In this document: positions 9,065-18,678 of the stretch, piece after piece
Numbering within the stretch: position 1 is the first letter of the stretch
How the letters are laid out: every line of letters starts with the position of its first letter
DNA from: Clostridia bacterium
GTDB lineage: Bacteria > Bacillota > Clostridia > TANB77 > CAG-508
Length of the DNA stretch: 64,000 nt
Assembly: GCA_017533795.1 (NCBI GenBank)
Contig: JAFWIH010000018.1
Span: forward strand, 9,105 to 73,104
Direction: 5' to 3'
Program-made: the position numbers and the translations under genes
The notes under the pieces: model-generated
The model's input: the letters and a program-made list of their open reading frames with translations, nothing else
Told to the model about the DNA's origin: nothing
Databases searched by the model: none

Positions 9065-10453
9065 TTATTTATGAATTATATTATTAAGTTTAAACATTTT
9101 AATACCTGAGATACCAGCTGCACATGTTAATATTAATATAATTGTCATAATTGTAGTTGAACCAGCTTTTGGTAATATTGTATTAGAAGTTGTAGGGTCA
9201 TTGCTTGGTGTATTATCAGGTGTTTTAATTTGTGTAATTTTTACTTTAGGTGTATCATCAGAAGTTTTGTTTTTATTAGTTCCGTCAAAATCTTTATATG
9301 TAATGTCAATTTTTTCGTTAGTATCTAATACACGGTTTACTATATCTGAACTATAATTATCTTTTAATGTTAAAGTATATTGAACAGTTGCTGTCTCACC
9401 ACTTCCTAAATTATCTAATGACCATACAATTTTATTTTCTGAATCAATAGATTGTGAAATAGTACCCTTTGTTGGTTCAGAAACATATGCAAAATCAAAA
9501 TTATCAACAATTTCTTGTGGGAAATAGTCATTTATCTTAATATCTGTTATAGCTTGAGGCTTAGATAATAAGTCACTATAAATATCATTGTTTACTGTGT
9601 TTTCTATTTGAGAATCACTTATATAGTAAAATTTTCCAGCAGTAGGATTATCAGCTGTTCCAAAAACTTTTTCTATAATCTGCCCATATGTATAAGTAGA
9701 ACCAGTTGCTTCTGAATCTGCATTTGATATACCAGTTAGCATTGTTATTATGTTATAATTTTCTGCTAGTGATTGTAATGTGCTCTTAGTTTTGTTAATA
9801 ACACTATCTTTATATCCTTGATTTGTTTTTCCAAGGTCTAAAGCTACATTTGGAACACCATCAGTTAAAACAACGATATATTTATTTGTGTTTTCGTTTG
9901 AAAAATAGTTAGTAGCTAAAGTTAAACCTGAATCTAAGTCTGTTCTAATTCCTATTTTTTCTATATTATCAATAGCACTTAATAAATCAGATTCATTATT
10001 AGTTAACTCAGAAACTAATGATGCATCTTGAATAGTTCCTTCCAAATCTAGGTCTGGATTAGTAGAAAACTTAACTATTCCAATTTTAACATTATCACTA
10101 TTTGATAATAACTTTGTAACTAAAGCTTTAGCAGCACCAAAAACAAGTTCACCTCTTTGCTTACCTGTTGAAGTTTGTTCGTTCATACTATTAGAATCAT
10201 CAAGTACTAACATTACTTCTCCATTAGGCTTATCAACTATTGAATTATTTGTGATTTTTAATTGTATTGTTACTTGCCTTTTTTCTAAATCATAACTTAT
10301 CATTTTCTTTTCAAAATCACAATAGTCATTTATTTTTATTGTACAAACTTGATCGTCTACAACCTCAAATTTGTCTGTAGTAGCTGCAAATACAACAGAT
10401 GCAGTCATTACAATTAAGGTAATTAATGAAATTGCTAAAAATAATTTTTTCAT
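9065..10453 (-). CDS. cell-wall-anchored von Willebrand factor A (VWA) domain surface protein
   Basis: Signal peptide MKKLFLAISLITLIVMTASVVFA, MIDAS-like DDSNSM. C-terminal LPKAG plus hydrophobic stretch plus basic tail (sorting-signal architecture). Start at 10453 has an aaaggag RBS. Confidence 0.8.
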   Translation of the reverse strand: MKKLFLAISLITLIVMTASVVFAATTDKFEVVDDQVCTIKINDYCDFEKKMISYDLEKRQVTIQLKITNNSIVDKPNGEVMLVLDDSNSMNEQTSTGKQRGELVFGAAKALVTKLLSNSDNVKIGIVKFSTNPDLDLEGTIQDASLVSELTNNESDLLSAIDNIEKIGIRTDLDSGLTLATNYFSNENTNKYIVVLTDGVPNVALDLGKTNQGYKDSVINKTKSTLQSLAENYNIITMLTGISNADSEATGSTYTYGQIIEKVFGTADNPTAGKFYYISDSQIENTVNNDIYSDLLSKPQAITDIKINDYFPQEIVDNFDFAYVSEPTKGTISQSIDSENKIVWSLDNLGSGETATVQYTLTLKDNYSSDIVNRVLDTNEKIDITYKDFDGTNKNKTSDDTPKVKITQIKTPDNTPSNDPTTSNTILPKAGSTTIMTIILILTCAAGISGIKMFKLNNIIHK

Positions 10454-10589
10454 TTTAAAATCTCCTTTATTTAAACAAAAATCCATAAAAAATTATATCA
10501 TATTTCTAAATTTTTTTCAAGTAATTTAGTTTATATTATAGAAATATCTATACTAATGTGATATTATAAAACAAAAAGGAGAGGATTAT

Positions 10590-11237
10590 ATGACAAATAT
10601 ATGGGGAATAGTAGTATCATATTTATATATCTTTTTAGTAATAATTGGTGCAAAAATGTTTGAAAAACTTGGCAAAGAAGCTAGTAGAAAGTTTATACAC
10701 ATAATGCTTGGAAATTGGTGGATAATTGCAATCTTCTTTTTTAATAATGTAATTTGGGCTGCTTTTGTACCTGCTACATTTGTTATAATAAATTATATAT
10801 CATATAAAAAAAATATTATATCTGTTATGGAAAGAGAAGATAATGAAGAAGAAGGGTTGGGCACAGTTTATTATGCTATATCCTTACTGATTCTTTCTAT
10901 AGTCACATTTGGTGTAATAAATAAACCTGAAATGGGGATAGTTCCTGTTTTTGTTATGGCATATGCTGATGGCTTTGCTGCAGTTTTTGGACAAAAAATT
11001 AAAAGTAAACCAATTAAAATTGGAGAAAATACAAAATCTTTAGCAGGTTGTATAACTATGTTTATAGTTACTTTTATTATTACTTCTGCATTCTTGAGAT
11101 ATACAGGAGTACCATTATGGCCAGTATATGCTATTGTTATGAGTTTATTTGCAACAATAATAGAACTATTTTCAGTTAAAGGTTTAGATAATTTAACAGT
11201 ACCAATGGCTATGTATATAATGTTAGCTGTAATGTAA
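10590..11237 (+). CDS. polytopic membrane protein, phosphatidate cytidylyltransferase / dolichol-phytol kinase-like family
   Basis: 215 aa with about 6 TM helices. RKFIHI and AYADGFAAVFGQ motifs resemble CTP-dependent polyprenol kinase/CdsA-like proteins. Confidence 0.5.
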   Translation: MTNIWGIVVSYLYIFLVIIGAKMFEKLGKEASRKFIHIMLGNWWIIAIFFFNNVIWAAFVPATFVIINYISYKKNIISVMEREDNEEEGLGTVYYAISLLILSIVTFGVINKPEMGIVPVFVMAYADGFAAVFGQKIKSKPIKIGENTKSLAGCITMFIVTFIITSAFLRYTGVPLWPVYAIVMSLFATIIELFSVKGLDNLTVPMAMYIMLAVM

Positions 11238-11250
11238 GAAAGGAACATAA

Positions 11251-12054
11251 ATGAATAAGCAAGAGTATTTAAAACAATACAAAAATCAAGAGGATAAAGT
11301 ATTACTTAGTTTTATAATAGATAAAATAAAATTTGTTGAAACAAGAAATAGTATTGAAAGCACAAATTTTTTGAATTTATATCAAGTAAGTTTGGTAGAA
11401 AATTTTTTGAAAAAAATAAAATATAGTAATTACTCTTTTTGGGGTGGATATGAAATGGCTGAAAGAAAAGTTTTAATTTTATATCCAGAAAGATGTAACC
11501 AAATTATGCTTAATAAATATTTTTTAAAAATAATGAGCGTAATAAGAATAAAATTACCTGAAACAGAAAAGGGAAAATATAATCATAGAAACTATCTTGG
11601 CGGAATAATAAAAACAGGTTTAGATAGAGAAAAAATTGGTGATATACTTGTAAAAGATGATGGAGCAGATATTATAGCCCTTGAAGAAATCAAAGAGTAT
11701 TTAATACAAGAATTACCACTATTAAAGAGATTTGCTAATAGCCAAATTTCTTTACAATCTATTGAAGAACTAGATATAGTTATTCCAAAAATAGAAGAAA
11801 TAAAAATTATAATACCTTCATTAAGATTGGACAATTTTGTATCTGACCTTGCAAAAACGTCTAGAAATAAAGCTGTTGATTTTATAAAAAATGAGAGAGT
11901 CTTTGTTAATGGAAAACTTGAGACCAAAGTATCTAAACAGATAAAAATTGGAGACATAATTACAATTAGAGGAAAAGGTAGATTTGTAGTTAAAGAATTT
12001 TCAGGAAATACAAGAAGTGGGAGAACAATTGCTGTAATAGAAAAGTATGTATAA
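11251..12054 (+). CDS. ylmH: YlmH-like RNA-binding protein (S4 domain)
   Basis: 267 aa. C-terminal S4-like LRLDNFVSDLAKTSRNKAVDFIKNERVFVNGK. Confidence 0.75.
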   Translation: MNKQEYLKQYKNQEDKVLLSFIIDKIKFVETRNSIESTNFLNLYQVSLVENFLKKIKYSNYSFWGGYEMAERKVLILYPERCNQIMLNKYFLKIMSVIRIKLPETEKGKYNHRNYLGGIIKTGLDREKIGDILVKDDGADIIALEEIKEYLIQELPLLKRFANSQISLQSIEELDIVIPKIEEIKIIIPSLRLDNFVSDLAKTSRNKAVDFIKNERVFVNGKLETKVSKQIKIGDIITIRGKGRFVVKEFSGNTRSGRTIAVIEKYV

Positions 12055-12065
12055 TGGAGGAAAAG

Positions 12066-13796
12066 ATGAAAGAAAAACATAGTTTAGAAAATATTACAAA
12101 TTTAAAGCAATTATTTAATAAAACTGGTGAATGGTATTCTGATAGACCTGCATATAAACTTAGGGGCAAAGAAAAGGGAACATACAATATTATAACTCAC
12201 AAAGAATTTAGTGATGATATAAATGCATTAGGAACAGCTCTAATTGATTTAGGATTAAAAAATAAAAGAATAGCAGTTATAAGCGAAAATAGATATGAAT
12301 GGGGGATTGCTTACCTCTCTGTAGTTAATGGGGTTGGGGTGATTGTGCCTTTAGATAAATTACTGCCGGATAATGAAATAGAAAGTTTAATATTACGTTC
12401 AGAAGTAGAAGCAATTTTTTATTCTAGTAGTTATAATGGAGTAATGGAAAAAATACAAAGACAAGGTAATACTAATGTAAAGTATTTTATTTCTATGGAT
12501 TTAGAAAAAAGTACAGACAAAATTTATTCACAAAAAGAATTATTGAATCAAGGTAAAAAATTAATAGATAATGGGAATACGGAATATATAGATGCAAAAA
12601 TAGACGAAGAAAAAATGACAGTTATGCTTTTTACATCTGGAACTACAGATAAATCGAAGGCTGTAATGCTGTCACATAAAAATTTAATAACTAATATTAA
12701 AGATATAGCGTGGGCGTTTAATGTAAATGAGCATGATATGATTCTATCTTTTTTGCCATTACATCATGCATTTGAGTGCACAGTAGGTTTTTTACATATG
12801 CTAGCTAAAGGCGCTTGTATTGTATTTTGTGATGGGATAAGGCATATAGCAGACAATATGAAAGAATATAAAATTTCCGTAATGGTTTCTGTACCAATAC
12901 TATTTGAAACAATGTACAAAAAAATAATAAGAGGTATAGAAAAAAAAGGTAAATTAGAAAAAGTAAAAAAGGCTATAAAGATAAGCAATTTCTTACTGAA
13001 ATATGGTATAGATATTAGAAGAATATTATTTAGAGAAATCCATAAAAACTTAGGAGGAAATGTTAGAATACTTGTAGCAGGAGGAGCTGCACTAGATCCT
13101 GAGACAGAGAAGGGATTTAATGAACTTGGACTTAACTTATACCAAGGCTATGGTTTAACAGAAACATCACCTGTAGTTGCAGCTGAAAGTGAAAGAAAAG
13201 GAACAAAAAAATTAGGCTCAATTGGAAAAGCTTTTCCTTCTTTAAAGATAAAAATTAACGAACCAAATGAAGAAAAAATAGGAGAACTAATGGTAAAGGG
13301 ACCATCAGTTATGCTAGGATATTACAATAATGACGAAGCAAATAAAAATACAATAGAAAATGATGGATGGTTTCATACAGGAGATTTAGCTTTTATAGAT
13401 AAAGATGGTTTTATCTTTATCTCTGGTAGAGAAAAAAGTGCTATAGTATTGCAAAATGGAAAAAATGTCTTTCCTGAAGAACTTGAAGCTCTTATTGCTA
13501 AAATTGATGGAGTTAAAGAATCTTTGGTTTATGGAAAGCCAGACAAACGTGAGGGAAGAAAAGGTGACCTTAAAATTTGTGCTAAAATAGTGTATGATAA
13601 AGAAATAATCAGAAACAAGTATAATATAGAAAAAGAAAATGAAATATATAATTTTTTATGGGGAAATATAAAAAATGTTAATAAAAAAATGCCAGAATAT
13701 AAATACATAAAAGAGATTGTTATTACAGATAAAGCACTAATTAAAACTACAACAGCAAAGGTGAAAAGACAAGAGGAAATAAAAACTCTAGTATAA
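12066..13796 (+). CDS. AMP-dependent long-chain acyl-CoA synthetase (FadD-like), paralog 1
   Basis: LFTSGTTDKSKAVMLSH AMP-binding motif, GYGLTETSP, TGDL..DKDGF. ATG at 12066 lies 5 nt after GGAGG. An alternative ATG at 12054 overlaps the ylmH stop. Confidence 0.85.
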   Translation: MKEKHSLENITNLKQLFNKTGEWYSDRPAYKLRGKEKGTYNIITHKEFSDDINALGTALIDLGLKNKRIAVISENRYEWGIAYLSVVNGVGVIVPLDKLLPDNEIESLILRSEVEAIFYSSSYNGVMEKIQRQGNTNVKYFISMDLEKSTDKIYSQKELLNQGKKLIDNGNTEYIDAKIDEEKMTVMLFTSGTTDKSKAVMLSHKNLITNIKDIAWAFNVNEHDMILSFLPLHHAFECTVGFLHMLAKGACIVFCDGIRHIADNMKEYKISVMVSVPILFETMYKKIIRGIEKKGKLEKVKKAIKISNFLLKYGIDIRRILFREIHKNLGGNVRILVAGGAALDPETEKGFNELGLNLYQGYGLTETSPVVAAESERKGTKKLGSIGKAFPSLKIKINEPNEEKIGELMVKGPSVMLGYYNNDEANKNTIENDGWFHTGDLAFIDKDGFIFISGREKSAIVLQNGKNVFPEELEALIAKIDGVKESLVYGKPDKREGRKGDLKICAKIVYDKEIIRNKYNIEKENEIYNFLWGNIKNVNKKMPEYKYIKEIVITDKALIKTTTAKVKRQEEIKTLV

Positions 13797-13966
13797 AAAA
13801 TAAAAAATATGTAAAATAAACTTGACATTTGTCATAAAATTGTAATAAACTTGTAACAGAAATATAAAATTTAAAAATTGAAATCCTATTGTAGTTTTCC
13901 GTAAGTTGCAGTATAATAATTATGAAATACAAAAGCAAACACGTAGGAAAAGGAGGGAAGTTTACG

Positions 13967-14866
13967 ATGTGGTTGTTTAAAAGACAATCTGGCATAGTAA
14001 ACGTGAGAATGGTAATCACGGAAGAAAAAATATTATCAAATATTGACAAAGTACAAAAAATGATAAACCCAAATAGTAAGAAGCAAATAGTACAGTTAGA
14101 GGAAGATGGATATTTCAAGGATTTAATAGAATCTATAAAAACATATTTAATAGAATATCCTAAAAAGAAAAACTTCCCTAGTAGTGTATATAGAGCTGCT
14201 TACGGATTGGTAGAATATGCTACTAATCAATTTGAAGAAAATACTAAAAAAATAGAAGAATTAATTAGACGTAGAGAAGAAAATATTACATTAGCTGGAA
14301 AATTAAAATCTGTAATTGAAGTTGTAGAGAACAAGGATAAAAACTGGAAATCTGTTTTAAAAAATGCTGAGAAAGATTTTTCAGAAGATATAATAGATAC
14401 ATTAAATATAATAGCAAAATGCAAAACAAAAACATCTCAAAATTACCAAGATGCAATGAAATTACTTAATGCTAGAGTTAATAATTTGGAATCTAATTTA
14501 TATATTGAAATAGATATGGAAAGAATTGAAGATAGATCTAAAGCATTAAGTTATATTGGAATAGAGGTTGCAGATGCATTAAAATCTATTCCAGCACCAT
14601 TAGACGCATTTGAAGAAACACCAGTTGCAGAAGAAACAACATCTACAGTTACAACAGCTACAACTAAGTCAACTAATTCTATAATAGCAAACAATGTTGC
14701 AGAAGCAAAACAAGAATATATAGAAGATACAACATTTGAGGCAAAACCATCATTATGGCAAAGAGTTAAAAATACAAAATTGGTTAGAGCAATTAGCTAT
14801 GTTATGAAAATAAGAGTCAGAGTTGAATTACCTAATGCGTTGCCAGAAGGAAGAGGAGAAAATTAA
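13967..14866 (+). CDS. hypothetical protein
   Basis: ORF with a ggaggg RBS upstream of ATG 13967. No family recognised. Confidence 0.5.
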   Translation: MWLFKRQSGIVNVRMVITEEKILSNIDKVQKMINPNSKKQIVQLEEDGYFKDLIESIKTYLIEYPKKKNFPSSVYRAAYGLVEYATNQFEENTKKIEELIRRREENITLAGKLKSVIEVVENKDKNWKSVLKNAEKDFSEDIIDTLNIIAKCKTKTSQNYQDAMKLLNARVNNLESNLYIEIDMERIEDRSKALSYIGIEVADALKSIPAPLDAFEETPVAEETTSTVTTATTKSTNSIIANNVAEAKQEYIEDTTFEAKPSLWQRVKNTKLVRAISYVMKIRVRVELPNALPEGRGEN

Positions 14867-14883
14867 TAATATAATATATTAAT

Positions 14884-14917
14884 AATTTGAAGTTAGAAAA
14901 TTTTCTAACTTCAAATT
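14884..14917 (+). terminator. intrinsic terminator
   Basis: Perfect palindrome AATTTGAAGTTAGAAAA/TTTTCTAACTTCAAATT. Confidence 0.7.
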
Positions 14918-14942
14918 ATTTGAATAAAAAACAAAAAAAGTA

Positions 14943-14971
14943 TTGACAATAAGCCAAAATTGGTTTATACT
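14943..14971 (+). promoter_or_regulatory. promoter of the tRNA-CAT/tRNA-Tyr pair
   Basis: TTGACA (14943..14948), 17 nt, TATACT (14966..14971). Confidence 0.65.
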
Positions 14972-14993
14972 TTAAAATGCGTTTAGCAATGAT

Positions 14994-15070
14994 GCTCCCT
15001 TAGCTCAGTTGGTTAGAGCAACCGGCTCATAACCGGTAGGTCCAAGGTTCGAATCCTTGAGGGAGCACCA
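14994..15070 (+). tRNA. tRNA with CAT anticodon (elongator Met, or Ile2 if lysidinylated)
   Basis: Cloverleaf folded by hand: acceptor GCTCCCT/AGGGAGC, anticodon stem ACCGG/CCGGT, loop CTCATAA, T-arm GGTTCGAATCC, encoded CCA. The C4-C5-C6 acceptor resembles Ile2-type tRNAs. Confidence 0.9.
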
Positions 15071-15079
15071 ATTTTATAT

Positions 15080-15165
15080 GGGTAGGTGGCCGAGTGGCTA
15101 AAGGCGGCAGACTGTAAATCTGTTCTCATTTGAGTACGAAGGTTCGAATCCTTCCCTGCCCACCA
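15080..15165 (+). tRNA. tRNA-Tyr (GTA)
   Basis: Acceptor GGGTAGG/CCTGCCC, anticodon loop ACTGTAAATC context, long variable arm, GGTTCGAATCC T-loop, encoded CCA. Confidence 0.9.
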
Positions 15166-15167
15166 AT

Positions 15168-15199
15168 AAAGCACAATTAGTATGTGCTTTATTTTTTTT
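15168..15199 (+). terminator. intrinsic terminator after tRNA-Tyr
   Basis: AAAGCACA-attagta-TGTGCTTT followed by a T-run. Confidence 0.8.
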
Positions 15200-15232
15200 A
15201 TAAAGTACACAGTTTAGTAAAATTAACATAAA

Positions 15233-15261
15233 TTGACCATTAATATAGAATATGGTATAAT
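15233..15261 (+). promoter_or_regulatory. extended -10 promoter of the small foreign ORF 15318..15509
   Basis: TTGACC, 17 nt, TATAAT, with TG at 15253..15254 (TGGTATAAT). Confidence 0.65.
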
Positions 15262-15317
15262 ATATGTATAGACCAAATGGTGATCTATTGTGCTATAAGC
15301 ACAGAGAGGAGAAGACA

Positions 15318-15509
15318 ATGCCTAATGTCTTCATGGAGACGTTTAGGTCTCCGTTTGGGAAGGATACTCCCGAGCAAGCAGAGAAAGTGCTTAGCATCAT
15401 AAGGGAGAACCATCCTGCATCAAAGGGGTGGAGAGAGCTTGACGCTGGGGTTGAGCTCCACGATGATGGAAAGTGGTATGCTTGGCGCAAGCATGAGCAT
15501 TTCCGTTAG
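15318..15509 (+). CDS. hypothetical small protein (63 aa), compositionally foreign
   Basis: Own extended -10 promoter, gagaggag RBS 7 nt before the ATG, strong terminator. 97 G+C in 192 nt by hand count. No family recognised. Confidence 0.6.
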   Translation: MPNVFMETFRSPFGKDTPEQAEKVLSIIRENHPASKGWRELDAGVELHDDGKWYAWRKHEHFR

Positions 15510-15527
15510 ACCATCATTACCCACTCC

Positions 15528-15583
15528 GAAGAGAGCTCCTCATAGTCCAGTTTTTGGACTTTGAGGAGCTCTCTTCTTTTTTT
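15528..15583 (+). terminator. long GC-rich hairpin terminator of the foreign small ORF
   Basis: GAAGAGAGCTCCTCA..AGTCCA-gttttt-TGGACT..TGAGGAGCTCTCTTC followed by T7. Confidence 0.85.
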
Positions 15584-15678
15584 GTCTAATTTTTTTTATA
15601 TAGTAAAAAATTTAAAATTCTTAAGTTTTCTTTAAGGTTTAAAAACTAAAATAAAGAAAAACGAAAAGGAGAACAATT

Positions 15679-16683
15679 ATGAATAAAAAGCTTTTGAAAA
15701 AATTAGGAATTATAATATTTATTGCATTATTAATAATAGGAGCATTTCTTATTGGTAGAAAGTCCGGACTTATGACAGATACATCAACAACAACTACGAC
15801 AATAACTGAGGAGACAGTTACAAAAAGAACAATACAAAATGTGCTAAGTGCTTCTGGCGAAATATCTTCAAATAGTACAGAAAAAATCACATTAGATACA
15901 ACAAAATATTTTAAAGCGATGTGTGTTGAAGAAGATGATATTGTAAGTATAGGTGATAATATACTAGAATACACAGACGGAACATATTTAACAGCAACAT
16001 ATAATTTAGTAATAAGCAGTTATTCAGTACCAGAAACGGGAAGCAAATGTACATCAAGTAACTATATAGAAGTACAAACAACAGACGACCTGATAATGAC
16101 TATAAGCGTAAACGAAAATCAAATAAATGGTTTAAGTAATGGGCAAGAAGTTACAATAACACCAACTACCAATGAAACACTAAGCTATAAGGGAACTGTT
16201 ACCAAAATTGATTCTATAGGAACATATGCATCAAGTGGCACAACCTTTAATGTTTCAATATCATTTAAAAATGATGGAAACTTAAAACTAGGCATGTCAG
16301 CATCATGTGAAGTGGTCTTAGAAGAAGTAGCTGATGTTCTGACCGTTCCGATAGCTGCAGTTCAAACAGAAGATGACAAAAAATATGTAGTAATTGTAAA
16401 TGATGATGGTGATACAGAAAATGTAGAAATAACAACAGGACTATCTGATGATGATTATGTAGAAATAAAAACTGGCTTAGAAGAGGGGCAAATAGTACAG
16501 GTAGCAACAACTACTACAAAGAGCACGACAAGAAGCAAGAACAGTAACGGAGGAAGACAGAATGGAGAAAGAGAAAGTTCAAATTTGGGAGATTTTCCAG
16601 GAGGCTCTGGAAATATGCCAAGTGAAATGGGAGAACCACCATCAGAAAATAGTAGAAGCTCATCAGGTGAAAGCAAAGATTAG
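15679..16683 (+). CDS. efflux transporter periplasmic adaptor (HlyD/MFP family), membrane anchored
   Basis: N-terminal TM helix, lipoyl/beta-barrel-like core, Thr-rich linkers. Directly precedes MacB-like ATPase and permease genes. Confidence 0.75.
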   Translation: MNKKLLKKLGIIIFIALLIIGAFLIGRKSGLMTDTSTTTTTITEETVTKRTIQNVLSASGEISSNSTEKITLDTTKYFKAMCVEEDDIVSIGDNILEYTDGTYLTATYNLVISSYSVPETGSKCTSSNYIEVQTTDDLIMTISVNENQINGLSNGQEVTITPTTNETLSYKGTVTKIDSIGTYASSGTTFNVSISFKNDGNLKLGMSASCEVVLEEVADVLTVPIAAVQTEDDKKYVVIVNDDGDTENVEITTGLSDDDYVEIKTGLEEGQIVQVATTTTKSTTRSKNSNGGRQNGERESSNLGDFPGGSGNMPSEMGEPPSENSRSSSGESKD

Positions 16684-16697
16684 AAGAGGTGATATAC

Positions 16698-17357
16698 ATG
16701 ATAAAACTTAAAAACATAAAAAAATCATTTGTTTTGGGAGAAGAAAAGGTAAAAGCATTAGATGATGTAAGTCTAGAAATAGAAAAGGGCGATTTTATTG
16801 CAATAATAGGACCATCAGGCTCTGGTAAATCAACGCTTATGAATATACTAGGACTTTTAGATGTACCAGATAGTGGCGAGTATTTATTTGACGAAAAAGA
16901 GGTTAGTAATTTATCCGACAATGATTTAGCAGAAATTAGAAATAAAAAAATTGGATTTGTATTTCAAAATTTTAATTTATTACCTAAAATGAATGCAATA
17001 GAAAATATACAAGTACCATTACTTTATAGAGGAATGACAGATAAAGAATCAAAAGATAGAGCATTAGAAGTTTTAAAAAAAGTTGGATTAAAGGGAAGAG
17101 AACAACATTTGCCTTCTCAATTATCAGGAGGACAACAACAAAGGGTTGCAATAGCAAGAGCTATAGCTGGTAATCCAGAAATAATACTTGCTGATGAACC
17201 AACCGGAGCTTTAGACTCTAAAACAAGTGAAGAAGTAATGGAGCAATTAAAAGAATTAAATGAAAAAGGGCAGACAATAATTCTAATAACACATGACATT
17301 AACGTTGCTAAAAAAGCAAAAAAAATAATAGAAATTTTAGACGGAAAACTAAAATAA
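16698..17357 (+). CDS. ABC transporter ATP-binding protein (MacB/LolD type)
   Basis: GPSGSGKST Walker [15 protein letters not shown] signature, [11 protein letters not shown] Walker B. Confidence 0.95.
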   Translation: MIKLKNIKKSFVLGEEKVKALDDVSLEIEKGDFIAIIGPSGSGKSTLMNILGLLDVPDSGEYLFDEKEVSNLSDNDLAEIRNKKIGFVFQNFNLLPKMNAIENIQVPLLYRGMTDKESKDRALEVLKKVGLKGREQHLPSQLSGGQQQRVAIARAIAGNPEIILADEPTGALDSKTSEEVMEQLKELNEKGQTIILITHDINVAKKAKKIIEILDGKLK

Positions 17358-17362
17358 GTTTT

Positions 17363-17480
17363 CAACCAACAAGGTCAAGCAATGGGTCAACCAACGGGGA
17401 CGGGTTCGTTTTGGTTGGCTAAATTCAACCAAAATGAACCCGTCCCCGTTGGTTGACCCATTGCTTGACCTCGTTGGCTG
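17363..17480. repeat. 118-bp palindromic intergenic element (REP/MITE-like) between the ABC ATPase and permease genes
   Basis: 54-nt arms (17363..17416 and 17427..17480) match 51/54 as reverse complements. 10-nt centre. Confidence 0.85.
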
Positions 17481-17494
17481 AAAAGGAGGAAATT

Positions 17495-18665
17495 ATGACA
17501 GAGTTTTTAAATATTATAATAGTTTCATTAAAAAATATAATAAACAATAAGCTAAGATCAAGTTTAACAATGCTACGGCTTAGTGATAGGAATAGCTTCT
17601 GTTATTACTTTAGTTGGAATTGGAAATGGTACATCAAATGATGTGATGGGGCAAGTTCAATCGCTTGGAACTGATATCTTAACTTTATCTATTAGGTCAT
17701 CTGATTACACTTTAGATTACGAAAATATTAATGAAATAGAATCAATTCAAAATATTGAGACAGCAGTACCATATAAAACGGTTAGCAGTACAGTATCCAG
17801 AGGAAATACCATATCACAAAAATCTAATATTATAGCAACAACTGCTGATTATTTTGAAACAACCAATACAACTATAAGTGATGGTAGATTAATTACAAAT
17901 ATAGATATAGAAAATAGTAGCAAAGTATGTTTACTGGGAAGTGATATAGCTCAGACTTTGTTTAACCTTGCAAATCCTATAGGTCAAACAATAAAACTTA
18001 ATGGAGATAGTTATAAAGTAATAGGTATTTTAACGACTAAAGGAACTTCAATGGGAAATGATGTTGATAATACAATAATTATCCCATTTACAACTGCAAA
18101 ATATTTAGGAAGCGACACATCAATTAGCAATTTATATATAAAAGTAAACAATGAAGACAATATTGATCAAACTACAGAAATAATAGAAAATTATATGGAA
18201 AATTCAGCAGGAATTTCTGAGGATTATTATAGCGTATCTTCACAAGAATCAATGCTAGACGCAATGAATAACGTAAATTCTAGCTTTTCACTTTTACTTG
18301 GAGGAATAGCAAGTATATCTTTAATTGTAGGGGGAATAGGCGTTATGAATGTAATGCTAGTATCTGTTACAGAAAGAACTGGAGAGATAGGAATACGCAA
18401 GTCTTTAGGTGCTAAAAGAAAAGACATATTAGTACAATTTTTAATAGAAGCACTTATAATAAGCTTAATTGGAGGACTTTTGGGAGTGTTAATTGGAATA
18501 AGTTTTGGCGAATTTTTAGAACTATTTTCATATGATTTTAATCCAAGCACAGGGATTATAATATTGTCATTTTTTACAAGTGCTGCAATTGGATTAGTAT
18601 TTGGAATATTTCCAGCTTATAAAGCAGCTAAATTAAATCCAATAGATGCTTTGAGAACATTATAA
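17495..18665 (+). pseudogene. ABC transporter permease (FtsX/MacB type) interrupted by a +1 frameshift near 17576
   Basis: Frame A from ATG 17495 (aaggagg RBS) gives MTEFLNIIIVSLKNIINNKLRSSLTML, then runs to a stop at 17641. The expected continuation GLVIGIASVITLVGIGNG... is in the next frame from 17577 and stays open to 18665. Confidence 0.75.
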
Positions 18666-18678
18666 AGGAGTGATAAAA

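Noticed and set aside
15013-15210. 65-aa minus-strand ORF.
   Set aside because: It overlaps both tRNA genes and their terminator, so it is an artefact.
15166-15680. Classical tRNA-targeted genomic island with att duplication.
   Set aside because: No repeat of the tRNA-Tyr 3' end was found downstream of the cassette, and there is no integrase gene.
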